A stretch of 64,000 nt of DNA, from NCBI GenBank assembly GCA_965112155.1, contig OZ218102.1; one strand, written 5' to 3'. Origin of the DNA: Podarcis liolepis (taxonomy: Eukaryota). This document shows, one piece after another, positions 1-11,362 of this stretch. Under the pieces are notes generated by a model. The model worked only from the letters and a program-made list of their open reading frames with translations, was not told the DNA's origin and searched no databases. Made by a program: the position numbers and the translations under genes. Position 1 is the stretch's first letter. The number at the start of each line of letters is the position of its first letter.

Positions 1-263
1 TTACCAGTAGGGAAGTTTAGGAGGGGAGGGGCTTGATGTGGTCTCTGAGCTGCCAATTGGCCACCCCTTGCATCCTTTCATATACAAAGCCCACAGAGCT
101 CAGTACAGCACACCCAACGGGGATATTATTGGCGAAGGAGGTTAGGCACGATATTCCACTAGGTTCTGCCAAGAAGAAGGATTCTGCTTCCATTGCAATG
201 TTCTTCTCCATCACTTCTTGTGGACATGTTTTGGTGCCGCTAACCTTCACGCCTCATTTGCAG

Positions 264-410
264 GAATCTTCGCGTCCTAGCGATGTTGAGAGGCAAAACT
301 AGTTTTCTCCAGAGAAAGGAAGAAAATAGCTCAGCCGTGTCTACATGTAATTTATTTCAAAATGCTCCTTATAAGAGATGTACAATGTATTTCCGTGAAG
401 TGGGTTTACA
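264..410 (+). CDS. Candidate internal coding exon (phase 2-2, 147 nt) of an unidentified gene: xNLRVLAMLRGKTSFLQRKEENSSAVSTCNLFQNAPYKRCTMYFREVGL(H/Q)
   Basis: Branch-point CTAAC at 240-244, pyrimidine tract and CAG acceptor ending 263; GTAAGT donor at 411-416; length is a multiple of 3; frame open across the exon with in-frame stops just outside (TAA 241-243, TAA 412-414); several CpGs retained. Protein not recognised. Confidence 0.6.
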
Positions 411-919
411 GTAAGTGTGTTAAGACTTGTGGACGATGTTTCGCTTTTTATTTTATTTATTTTTTAAAACCACAGTGAATATTTGATTTGAAAAACACAC
501 GTATGATTGTGGCAATAAAAACAGGGTTTACAATATATTTAACTGAGGTGAAATACAGGTAAGAATATTTGCTGTTGTATAAATAGCTCCAGATGGAAGT
601 TGGTGATTAATCCATCTGTTAAATTATTGTTTTATTTATATAATGTATATGGAACTGTTTTTTGTATATGTCCAACTTTCCCAATGCTGTTTGAGTTGTT
701 AGTCCTATGCTTCAAGGCTGGTTCATCCAACCTTATTTATTTCAACTGATAACTGCAACATCAAGTGATGACTTCCATGGGCGGGTAGGTTATCACAGAT
801 CTAACACTTACAGACCAGAGCTTTCAAATCACCTCACATCTGCTCTGGGCTAATGCACTTCAGTGAAATAAATTCATACAGATTACAAGGGATGTGGGTC
901 TGCCTCCAGAATATGGTGC

Positions 920-1045
920 AGCCAACGTGGCACCCGCAAAATGTTTTGGACTGCAATTCCCGTCAGCCCCATCCAGCATGGCCTATGCTCAGGGATGATG
1001 GGTATTGTAGTCCACCATATCTAGAGGGCACCCATTCTCTCCCCC
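920..1045. mobile_element. Degenerate palindromic MITE (GGACTACAA/TTGTAGTCC hAT-like family)
   Basis: atgttttggactgcaattccc...gggatgatgggtattgtagtcc; same family as the intact copies at 4792, 19272 and 25202. Confidence 0.7.
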
Positions 1046-1263
1046 CCAACTATATCCTAGGCTGTTTCTTGACATTATTATAGGATGTGTGTCTCCTACC
1101 TTGCACCCCATATCATTAGTTGACTCTGGCAGGAACAGAGGAGTGTTTAGCACAATGATGTCAGGACATGGGGCACATTTACTTGATTGAAATATTTCTT
1201 TCCTGCCTGACAACAGGACTCCATGGCAGCACAACCAAGGAAAATGAGGACCACACAACATAG

Positions 1264-1451
1264 GGGTTGTATCCAACTCATAGTGCCCCCCCCTGTAATC
1301 AACTTACTTAAGTTTAGTCGCGATTAACAAGTCCATTGATTTTCGCACATCTATTTGGTGTATGGCTTGCTTTTTTTAAAATATTGGATTTCTTACCTGC
1401 TATTCAGCAGAAGACTCCAAGGCAGGCTGCAATAATAGTTGGATACAGCCC
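1264..1451. mobile_element. MITE with 15-bp TIR
   Basis: gggttgtatccaact ... agttggatacagccc (14/15 inverted match). Confidence 0.6.
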
Positions 1452-1454
1452 AAT

Positions 1455-1871
1455 GGGTGGTATTCACCTAAGTTTACTCAGAGTAAACCCACAGAAATGA
1501 ATGAACATAACTAAGGCTGCAGAACATGGCAGTTTATTCCGTTTCCCCAACATGTCCTTAAATGGTTAAATTCCACATTATAGTTGAGCTTCCACATGTC
1601 GCATAAACCACCTCCAGGAACATAGTGCCTGCTTAGTGCTCATTTCCATGTTCTTTGCTTCTGTTTGCAGATAACATGGGAATGAGCAACCAAACCTGTG
1701 TGACGCTCTACTGCATGTCCATTTTATGTCGTGTGAAAGCTCAAATATCAAGTGGAAATCAACAGCTATGGGGAATGTCAGGAAAATGAAACAGACTGCT
1801 GTGTGGGGGCAGCCTAAACTAGGTCCAGGCACTTCTGTGGGTCTCCTCTAAGTAAAACTTGAATACTGCCC
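1455..1871. mobile_element. Palindromic MITE split by a nested MITE
   Basis: Left arm gggtggtattc...ttttactcagagtaaacccacagaa and right arm ttctgtgggtctcctctaagtaaaacttgaatactgccc are inverted copies; aat on both flanks. Confidence 0.65.
1515..1814. mobile_element. PIF/Harbinger-type MITE, 300 bp, nested
   Basis: GGCTGC...GCAGCC ends, about 40-bp imperfect TIR, internal inverted symmetry, TAA on both sides (1512-1514, 1815-1817). Confidence 0.7.
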
Positions 1872-1875
1872 AATA

Positions 1876-1985
1876 TAAGAACTTAAGACGAGCTGGCTGG
1901 ATCAGGCCAAGGGCCCATCTAGTCCAGCAACCTGTTACCACACTGAGTGACCAGATGACTGTGGGAAGCCTTCAAGCAGGCCGTG
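1876..1985 (-). mobile_element. CR1 LINE 3' end fragment
   Basis: aagaacttaag...ctggatcaggccaagggcccatctagtccagc; related copies near 20185, 51935, 55270 and 60700. Confidence 0.65.
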
Positions 1986-3747
1986 AGCGCAATACACACC
2001 CAGCATGGTTTCCCTTGGGCTGTTTGTGACTCCTGCCTCTTCCTAGCAGCTGTGGTGAAAGGAGCAGGAAGTGATGTCAGCTACCCAGTCCCCAGCAGAT
2101 GTTCCTGTTTGTTGCTCTAGCTGTGTACACTGCATCTGGGAAGACCTGTCAAGTGGATCCTTCTTTCAACAGCAGCTCTGTGTTCCTGATAATGCATCCA
2201 TCTGCCCTCATCCATTTCAAGGGATTTGCACAGGGGCCATCACACGGCTGAGCCACAGCCCTCAGTTGCCATTAGATTTTACTATCTGTTTAGGTACCTC
2301 ATTTAGTACAGGATGCTTTGCCAGAGCACACGTTAACGTGCTGACGAAGAGAGGTGTTTTGGGGTTCTTATTTTGTCAGGTGCTGTGTGGCGAGAGATAC
2401 TTCCTTTGCCATCCTAACAGCCTCAAACTCTAGACGAGTGTTTCTTTGGCTTTGTGCGTCGCTCGCATTCTTGAAAGGTGTGTGGGAAATTATCACCTGA
2501 AATGGTCAAAGAAAACGACAATGCCACCACCGGACGAGGGGTGTTTGTGTGTGTGGGGATATTCTATCATTGATACAATAATAGTGTGTTAGTGGTGCTT
2601 TCATACTGGAATGCCCACATATTGTTCCATGCTTTTTCAATTTTTATGGCATTCTTGCTGTCCGGAGGGGTGTTATAGTGCAACAGAAGTGGGACAACCC
2701 CCTGCCCTGAAACATTTGCGGCATGTAAAGTTACAGGACTGCAGCAGGAAGCGAGGAGACATGTGATCATTGGAAACAAAGCAGGGTGTTCTCAGGCAGA
2801 GGGGAAACCTCCCTGATAACTATCATGAGCACAAATAATCATGAATGCACATGAAAAAGGATGTCTGGAGGGGCCCTAAGGGTGTGACACAGGGATGCTA
2901 TAGAAATAGTTTCCCCTTCCCCAATTGTGACTTCTAGATGAACTTGGAGTGTGTCCTGACATCCTTACAATCTCGTTTCTGTGCCCCTGCTTTGCCTCAC
3001 TGGTTGGCAAGGGAGGAAAATATACATCGTAATGACATCAGGACACAGGACGAGTTGAAGCAGATGTTTCAAATAGTAATTGGGAGCTTGAAAAGGGGCT
3101 GCTGACCTGTGCTTTTGACAATGTGCCCTCGGTACAGTTACCTGCCTCTTTCCTGAGCTGAGACTGTAGCAGCTTCCTCTTTCTTAACTACTTCAGCTAC
3201 ACTTTACTTAATGGCTGTTAATCACCGAGAAGAAGCAGAAAAAGAGGGTTGGCACTATGGATAGGATTCGTTCCCATCTCATTTTAAGTTGTTTTTCATT
3301 AAAGAAAATAAAATTTAAACAAAAGAAAAGCACTGTAGGCTGCATGTTTTCATTTCCCCCTGATCCTGAATTGGCCAAGTCATCATATGCTGAATCAATC
3401 AGTTACAAAGCAGTTGGAATGCACTGTAACTCCGGAAACAAAAGACATTTTAGTCTACTGTTAAAAAAAGAGAAATCTAATAAAGACTATATTTCTGAAT
3501 CGTTGTATTGGTGGACTATGTAATAGTTGAATGTAGTCTAGTCCTTTTTAAGCAGCATGGCTCCTGTGTGCTATTTGCATGGCAGTTACAGTTACTGCAG
3601 TCCCAGTGCAATGAGAGAGGCAGATGGGGATGAATCTCTCTGGGTGGTTGTCACCCCACTTGCCCCTCTTGCTGCTCAAAGATGGGGGGGGGGGGCTCCT
3701 GCTTCGGCTTCCTCTTATAACCTAGCCAGCTCCACAATTAGAATTAC

Positions 3748-4286
3748 AGCTTCATCTAGGGACTCAGCTACATTAGTTTAAAAAAGATGAAGTTATGAAA
3801 GTGTTTGAAAACTGACACCAGATGTCACTGTAGAGCTGAAATCTGAACTCTATGAGATTTCCCATTGTGAGCTTTAAAACCTCCCCCCCCCCCGTGTTTT
3901 TTAATAGCTGTATAAAGGTAAAGGGACCCCTGACTATTAGGTCCAGTCGTGACCGACTCTGGGGTTGCGGCGCTCATCTCGCTTTATTGGCTGGGGGAGC
4001 CGGTGTACAGCTTCCGGGTCATGTGGCCAGCATGACTAAGCCGCTTCTGGCAAACCAGAGCAGCGCACGGGAACGCCGTTTACCTTCCCGCCAGAGTGGT
4101 ACCTATTTATCTACTTGCACTTTGACGTGCTTTCGAACTGCTAGGTTGGCAGGAGCAGGGACTGAGCAATGGGAGCTCACCCCATTGTGGGGATTCGAAC
4201 CGCCGACCTTCTGATCAGCAAGTCCTAGGCTCTGTGGTTTAACCCACAGTGCCACCCACGTCCCTTATAGCTGTATAGATGCAGCC
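3748..4286. mobile_element. Old Harbinger-like MITE interrupted by a Sauria SINE
   Basis: Ends agcttcatcta... and ...tagatgcagcc(taa) are imperfect inverted repeats flanking the SINE. Confidence 0.4.
3915..4264 (-). mobile_element. Sauria SINE (Squam1), full length
   Basis: tRNA-like head with GGTTCGAATCC B box on minus strand, ACCTTT tail, TSD atagctgtata (3904-3914, 4267-4277). Confidence 0.95.
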
Positions 4287-4644
4287 TAATGCAAGTGTCC
4301 TGTGTGGTATAGACATGATCACTGTGTGTACCCAAAAGGAAGTGGAGCCAATGGGTACTGCTAAGCAAGCAAGAGAGGTGAGGAGATGAATAAGCTTCCC
4401 TTCCACTCAGTCCCCTTCCTCGCCAGCTTCCCAGCCTCTACACACAAACAATCTGCCCCACGTGGACAGAGGGGCTGAGGCAAGGAAAAGAAGAAACTTT
4501 GGGTGAGAGGTATCACAAGTAACTGCATCCAGGTGGGGCCACTGAGCCTACCTGGACATCACACACAAGCTCCAAAGAAGCCCAACCTAAAAATGGTTCC
4601 AACAGGTTGGTGGCCCTGCATTTATTTCAAGGATTATATCAGGA

Positions 4645-5455
4645 TATTTCTCCATACCTTAGGACTGGAAAGGAGCCATTGTAACAGCAATTTTTAAAGA
4701 GGGATTCTGGAAATTAAAGGCCCATTAGCTTAATGTCTGTACTTGCAAAACTGGTGGAAAGTATTGTTAAAGATGAAATAAGCATATAAAACAGTGTTTC
4801 CCAAACTTGGGTCTCCAGCTGTTTTTGAACTACAATTCCCATCATTCTTGGCCACTGATCCTGCTGGCTAGGGATGATGGGAGTTGTAGTCCAAAAACTG
4901 CTGGAGACCCAAGTTTGGGAAACACTGATAGAGATGAACAAATAGAGCCAGCATGCTGAAGTTGAGGCAAGTCCCATCTCACGAACCTATTGGAGTTCTT
5001 TGAGAGTGTTCACAAGCACAAAGACAGAAGTGATCCAGTTGACAAAGTGTACTTGGGCTTTCAAAAAGCTTTCAATGAGGTACCTCCCCAAACACTTCGT
5101 AGTAAACTTTGCAGTCATGGAATAAGAGCAGAATCCTCTTATGGGTCAGAAATTGGTTAAGTAGCTGGAAGCAGAGAGGAGGAATAAATGGATGATGCTC
5201 CAGACACAGAGATATAGAAAGTGAAGTTGTCACAAAGATTAACCTGTGGGTTTTTAAAAACTTTTTCACATATGTATGATCCAGAGTTGAGGGTGAGCAG
5301 TGAGGGGGCCAAGTTTGCTGACGGTACTAAATTCTTCAGGGTTAAAACAAAGAGAGACCGTGGAGAGCTCCAAAAGGACCTCTCCAAACTGAGTAAATGG
5401 GCAGTAATAAAATGGCAAATACAATTCAATGTAAGCCAGTGCAGATGGATGTGCC
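4645..5455 (+). mobile_element. CR1 LINE reverse transcriptase fossil, interrupted by a MITE
   Basis: Translated pieces DWKGAIVTAIFK, GN*RPISLMSVLAKLVESIVKD, LTNLLEFFE, VYLGFQKAFNEVP, KFADGTK, LQKDLSKLSKWA; stops and frameshifts present. Confidence 0.9.
4792..4927. mobile_element. hAT-like palindromic MITE inside the CR1 fossil
   Basis: cagtgtttcccaaacttgggtctccagc ... gctggagacccaagtttgggaaacactg (28-bp perfect TIR); TSD not clear. Confidence 0.9.
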
Positions 5456-5681
5456 AAAAATATTCCACATATACACCCCTGGGCACAGCCAGCCCACTGG
5501 CCCATACAGAGTCACTCTGCAACTGCTATGTGTGAAAATTTGCACTACGGCCTTCGAAATGGAACTTGGAGGAGCATTTTCTTCAGTAAGTTACTGTTAA
5601 ATCCAGCAGGACCAAGCTTTGAATGCTTGTCTTGCCATAAAAGGGAAGCAGCCAGCACTGGTGAGTCTGCAACACATCCGC

Positions 5682-5771
5682 CATAGCTGTCAACGTTTCC
5701 CTTTTTTTAAGGGAAATTCCCTTATTCCGAATAGGATTCCTCACAAGAAAAGGGAAAAGTTGACAGCTATG
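5682..5771. mobile_element. hAT MITE, 90 bp
   Basis: TIR catagctgtcaac/gttgacagctatg; perfect 8-bp TSD acatccgc (5674-5681, 5772-5779). Confidence 0.92.
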
Positions 5772-5866
5772 ACATCCGCTTAAGCATCCTTCTTGTTCCT
5801 GCCCATTTGTCCAATCAGGAGTTAGGGTTTCTTTAGGGGCACAATGAAATCTGCCAATAACTAAAG

Positions 5867-5868
5867 GT

Positions 5869-5931
<63 letters not shown>
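5867..5931. repeat. Compound microsatellite (GT)13(GA)19
   Basis: Read directly. Confidence 0.97.
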
Positions 5932-5932
<1 letters not shown>

Positions 5933-6734
5933 ACATTCCAGAGGATTGTGGCCTAGATCGAAAAGCAGCAATTACAAATGCCTTCACGATGACATTCAGA
6001 ATGATTTGTGGAAGTTCATCTCACACGCAGCAAATTGGAACATTAACGTACAATGTTATGTCAGCAGCTAAACCCAGATATTTCAAGTAAAGGAAATGGG
6101 TCACAATAAGAGCCCTTACTATCTTCTAACAAACAAATTGCCAATTTGGCTGCTATAATCACCCACTTCATAGCAGTGAACTCCTTGAGTCTACTCAAGC
6201 CAGAGCCCATCTCATTTCTGTCTTTGCATCACCAAATATTGACTGCCATTTGTTCTTGCATCAGTCTAACGCTCATTATTTCTGAACTTCCTGTCTCAAG
6301 TGCCTGGATTAGTATTTATTTTAGACCGTACATATGTGGTGGCAGCAGCTTTAAAAATAAAGACTCAGAAATTTCCTTGTATAAAGACAATCAGGCTCTT
6401 ATTTTACAAGCTATTATGATATGAACACTATGTTCACATTTCATTGCTGATCAATGTCCTCTGTCCCCTACACTCCCAGTTGCCTTAGTTGGTTCCTCCC
6501 TTTTAAATAAAGTTATTAGAAATGTGCAGCTATAGAAATATACAAATGACATAGACTATCTTCCTATAGACATAAAAATGTAAGGCTGCCATCGCACGGA
6601 CCTCATTGGAGGATTTGTACTGCCTCATCACAATCCTGGATTTGAATGAAACAAGGGTGGAATAGAGGAGCGAGTGAAGGCAGGTTGCACAACACCAGTG
6701 GCCCTGGGAAGAGAAGGGAGGTGCACGGACAGGT

Positions 6735-7120
6735 GGAAAGTGAAGGTTTAATACAAGGGGGGAAGTGTGAGTAAGCAGGGATGGAGGGAACAATGAGGAA
6801 AAATGTGGCTTTAAACAATAGCAGAAGTAGAGTACCTCCATGCAATGGAATATCTGAGGGCTCTGCATCCTTCTATCTCTTTCACACAAGGCAGCTAAGA
6901 AATGGAAGAGGGAGATGTTTGAGTATAGTGAAAGCAAGAGGCACTTAAAGGGGGAAAGTGGCTATTTTAAACAATGGTAGAAGTTTGAGTAAAGTGGTTG
7001 AGGAAGGACACTGGGAGGGAAAAATTAGTTTTAAACAACAGTAGAACTTAGAATAAAGCAGGGATGAGAGGAGAAAAGTGGCAGAAATGTGAATAGAATG
7101 AGCAGGGTGTAGGAACACTC
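6735..7120. repeat. Degenerate purine-rich tandem repeat, unit about 55-65 bp
   Basis: Recurrent ggaaaa..gtgg.tttaaacaa..g.agaagt..gagt (about 6797, 6952, 7017) and aagcagggatg (about 6773, 7056). Confidence 0.5.
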
Positions 7121-7459
7121 CCTGAGTACAGCAGGAATCGGGAAAGGCTTTGTTGTGTTAGCTTTACAGGGTTAGCTTCTGTGTTGTACTCATCTCTGCT
7201 ATTTGTCCTTGTTAAATCTGGTTTACACAAATGTCTGCCGTAGTTTTAAACAAACAATAAATCATCTCAGTGACTCTGAGTATATTTCATCAGTGTCTCT
7301 CTTGCTTTGCTCAAACATCTACCTTTTTTCAGTACAGTGAGAAGCGATAGACACTGAAAGGAAAAAGAAATGGGCTGTTTTAAACTCCCCCCTCTTCCAT
7401 TCTTCAGCTGCCGCATGTGTGAAAGATAAAGGATGGGAATCATCAAATATTTCACAGTA

Positions 7460-7817
7460 AGGTAAAGGTAAAGGTAAAGGGACCGCTGACCATTAGGTCC
7501 AGTTGTGGCTGACTCTGGGGTTGCGGCGCTCATCTCGCTTTATTGTCCGAGGGAGCCAGCGTACAGCTTCCAGGTCATGTGGCCAGCATGACTAAGCCGC
7601 TTCTGGCGAACCAGAGCAGCACACAGAAACACCATGTACTTTCCCGCTGGAGCAGTACCTATTTATCTACTTGCACTGGTGTGCTTTTGAACTGCCTGGT
7701 TGGCAGGAGCAGGGACCGAGCAACGGGAGCTCACCCTGTTGCGGGGATTCAAACCGCCGACCTTCTGATTGGCAAGTCCTAGGCTCTGTGGTTTAACCCA
7801 CAGCGCCACCTGCGTCC
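7460..7817 (-). mobile_element. Sauria SINE, full length
   Basis: Same family as 3915-4264; repeated ACCTTT tail; TSD aatatttca(c/t)agta (7446-7459, 7818-7831). Confidence 0.95.
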
Positions 7818-8074
7818 AATATTTCATAGTACCTTTCTTCAATATATTTCACTCCTGCTACCATATGTTGTCTTCAACATAAAGGAGAACGCACGGGGGA
7901 GTTTTGTACTGCACGTGTAGCTCTTGGCGCTAATAGGACGAGTGCACTGGATATCACCCTATGTGACTAAATTCACCCACATTGAACTTCATACAAATCA
8001 CTACTTAGAACTTTGTGTTTTCCTATTTTATCTGTAATATTGGTGAAGCCAGGAAGAAAGAAGAAACAAAGCTT

Positions 8075-8209
8075 TTGTATATTAGTAAAAATGGCATTCG
8101 AAAATGCAAATGTTAGGAAAAACATTGCCTAAAATGCCGACAGATTCTCATGAGGAAGAAGAAGAAGAAGAAGAAGAAGAAGAAGAAGAAGAAGAAGAAG
8201 AAGAAGAAG

Positions 8210-8247
<38 letters not shown>

Positions 8248-8319
8248 GCAAACTGATGTGGAGATGAACTTAAGACTGGAAAAAGGAGAAAGTGAAATGG
8301 ACAGATTTATCCATCCTTA
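8075..8319 (+). mobile_element. Fragment of a TAGGGATG-ended, hAT-like non-autonomous element
   Basis: Homologous (inverted) to 12651-12961; ends catcctta; related pieces near 26941, 29690-29858 and 59720-59935. Confidence 0.6.
8155..8244. repeat. Compound microsatellite (GAA)19(GCA)11
   Basis: Read directly. Confidence 0.97.
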
Positions 8320-9339
8320 ATCCTTTGGGCTTCACTATCACCTGCATGACCTGAGAATGTACCTGACACTCTCTCTGAATGTGCATTGTAAGGGAAGATC
8401 AGTAACTGATAAAGTCTAGCCATCTTTCAGTTCCCTCACTGAGGAGATCCACAATTCACAAGCACTGCACTCAAAAGTAGTACAAATTAAAAGAGTAATT
8501 AAAATAAATTTAATGCATTTGAATTTAGGTTAGAAAGGTAAAGCTCTCCAGTTTTTAGATCAGTTCTGCATCTGTTTTATCCCTATGTTCAGCCTCTGCT
8601 TAATGCCTATTTGTAAGAGTAATCAGGACTGGTGAACCAAGTTGTAATTAAAAGCACATAACGGGTCTCTGAAAGGCCATACCAAATCCACATCAGCTTC
8701 ACTGATATGAAATGAGAGGTATACCTTTCTCAGATCATTTCCACTCACAATCAGATGCAAAGCAACTACCTTGAATAGAGTCGATATCAAGCGACCCTTG
8801 CTAACAATCAATAATCCAACACATTATGAACAGTTGTAAAGATTATCTTACTGGAAATTCTGGGATTCCCCCACCCCGCCATACTAATACAAAATTAATT
8901 GTAATACAAGGTAGCAGCAGCGTATTTGTTTAGCTCTTTCTCTCTTTCCCCCACTAGGGGATGATAAAACATAATGAACTGTTACAAAATTTAGATCAGC
9001 CTTCTGCTTCCTTTTGGTACATTCTCTGGGGGCTTTTCTTGTGACTGTTAACAACGTGATTTTATTGAGATCACCTTTAAAATATGTTCCACATCCTCAG
9101 CAAAAATTCTGTTTCATATTAATTCAGTTTATATTCATTCAGGGCAATTATTTTAATTTTGCAAACGCGATGGTGGTGGTGGTGGGGGGAGATCCAGCTT
9201 TGTGAGTGATTTTATAATATGATCTTGTTTGCAGATATGAATGCTTTCAAATGCTGCTATACCAAAGTTTAGATTCTGCTCCCTTGCTTACTTGTTCTTC
9301 CATCTGCAATATGGGAGACGATATTGTTTTTTAATGTAT

Positions 9340-9546
9340 TACAATTATATTCCATCTTTCCTCCAAAGAGCTCCACACACCATACCTGGTTCTCTTCCCT
9401 CCTGCCATTTTACCTTCAAAACAACCCTTTGAGGTAGGTTAGGATGAAGGATATTGACTGAGACACAGCTATGAAGTGAGCATCATGGCTAGGTTTGGAC
9501 TAAGGAGTTTCTGCTCCTACCCTGAGGTTCTAACCACCACATGGCT
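9340..9546 (-). mobile_element. Old Squam3/MIR-like (tRNA-CORE) SINE
   Basis: acaaccctttgaggtaggttagg core and ctaaccaccac head; similar to 21413-21875 and 55370-55480. Confidence 0.6.
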
Positions 9547-10443
9547 TATCTACAGACATGACTTGAACTGCCATACTGACTTTGCTTAGTTTAAATGCTG
9601 TATGTCATGTCAAAACGTTGCTGGAACAAAGGGTTGCCAGATTTATGAAAGCAAAGCCACTTTTTCCAGCATTAGAGGAAACAAACAGAACCGGAATCTC
9701 TCGAACTTGCCAGTTAAGAATCACATTTACAAAATTAGCCCACTTGCCTGGAGATCGACATTGATGACAGAAAGGAAGGCCTGGAGTGGTGGTTCAAAGA
9801 GTGAGGTTTGACATCTACACGAACTCCATATTTTGAGATGTATCTTAAGAGTAAAATATGGACTCGGCTAGACTGGTAAAGAAAAAGGGATTTATATGTG
9901 TTGTATATGCTATATAACATTGTGCCCCCAGATGGCGATGTGGAGTCCTGTTTTTCTCTACCTGTTTTCCCTGTTCAGATTTACAACACTTTAAACTAAA
10001 ACGCTTCTTTGATGTGTCTAGATCCAGCCATTGAGTATAGAATCCACAAGTGCTTGACCTTTCGAAATCCTTCCTTAAAGGCTATTTTTGCAAGCAAGAC
10101 GGCAACACAATTAATCTACTGTGGAGGCATATTTCAGTCCCTCCTACATTGATGTTCTTGTACTTGACAATCTCTTATCTTGCTCATTCCACTACAACCC
10201 TGTGGGACGGGCACTGCTGCCGCTGCTAGTACGTTTTCTTTCTGACTGCATTGATTTATTTGGATATTTAGATTCCACTTGTCTCTGATAAAATGAAACG
10301 CAAGGTGGCTTGCGATGAAAATATAAACCCCAAGAAAATCAAGAGCACCCAAGACATCTGTTCCCTGGTCATGGCAACTGAACCATCTGACTCATTTGCC
10401 ATAAGCCGAGCTTTTGATTTCACATATCACCAAGGCGGGTTTA

Positions 10444-10795
10444 GGGACGTGTGTGGCGCTGTGGGTTAAACCACAGAGCCTAGGGCTTGCCAATCAGGAG
10501 GTCGGTGGTTTGAATCCCCGTGACGGGGTGAGCTCCCGTTGCTCGGTCCCTACTCCTGGCAACCTAGCAGTTCGAAAGCACATCAAAGTGCAAGTGGATA
10601 AATAGGTACCGCTCTGGCGGGAAGGTAAACGGCGTTTCCGTGCGCTGCTCTGGTTTGCCAGAAGCAGCTTAGTCATGCTGGCCACATGACCCGGAAGCTG
10701 TACACCGGCTCCCTCGGCCAATAAAGTGAGATGAGCGCCGCAACCCCAGAGTCAGCCACGACTGGACATAATGGTCAGGGGTCCCTTTACCTTTA
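10444..10795 (+). mobile_element. Sauria SINE, full length
   Basis: gggacgtgtgtggcgctgtgggttaaaccacagagcc ... gtccctttaccttta; no clear TSD. Confidence 0.95.
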
Positions 10796-11362
10796 AGTGG
10801 CAGATGAGGTGGTTGATCAGCAGCAGCTGATACCTATTTGGGTTGGTAAGGTGGAAAGCAGGAAGCCCAGAGTGTATGCAGAGACAGAGCCTATGGCAAA
10901 CAGAGCCAACTAATTCTAATTTTGTCTCCCGTTCTCTTCTCTGTTGAGTTCTTCATGGGCAACACTGAGACGAAGGAAGAGGAGGAAGCTGATACTCAGG
11001 GCTACCTGAGTGACTAAGAAGGCAGGTAAGCGGGGGCTGGCAGACTGAAGTTGGGGGGAAAGTGTCCCATTTGCCCTAACACACCGCCCTCCACTACAGC
11101 CGATCACTAAATCACATAACCCAGCTCTTAAAACTGAATGTTGACATTCCTCAGCCAACCTTCCATCCACAGAACCATTCACACTCTCTAAAATGCTCCT
11201 CAACTCCATTGCAACACCCAATAAGATCCTACCTATAAACCTTTTTAGTAAATTGGTGTCAGCTTGGCTGAACAATAGAGGAAGCAGCAATCATCGCAAA
11301 ACAAGTCACAGCAACGAAAAGCATTTATGTGTTTAAATAGTTGACTTACAAGGAAGGAAAGG

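Noticed and set aside
33-302. 89-aa + strand ORF and overlapping 77-aa - strand ORF
   Set aside because: No recognisable protein; splice signals support a different frame at 264-410
476-558. Possible second exon (CAG acceptor at 475, GTAAGA donor at 559) and AATAAA at 514-519
   Set aside because: Stops in all three frames and only a 65-nt intron; AATAAA alone is weak evidence in AT-rich DNA
3852-4214. Near-identical ORFs (VQLPGHVASMTKPLLANQSS) also at 7543, 10494 and 62803
   Set aside because: Antisense translations of Sauria SINEs, not a gene family
10949-11024. Exon-like segment with pyrimidine tract and CAG/GTAAGC donor
   Set aside because: Stops in all three frames; at most a non-coding exon
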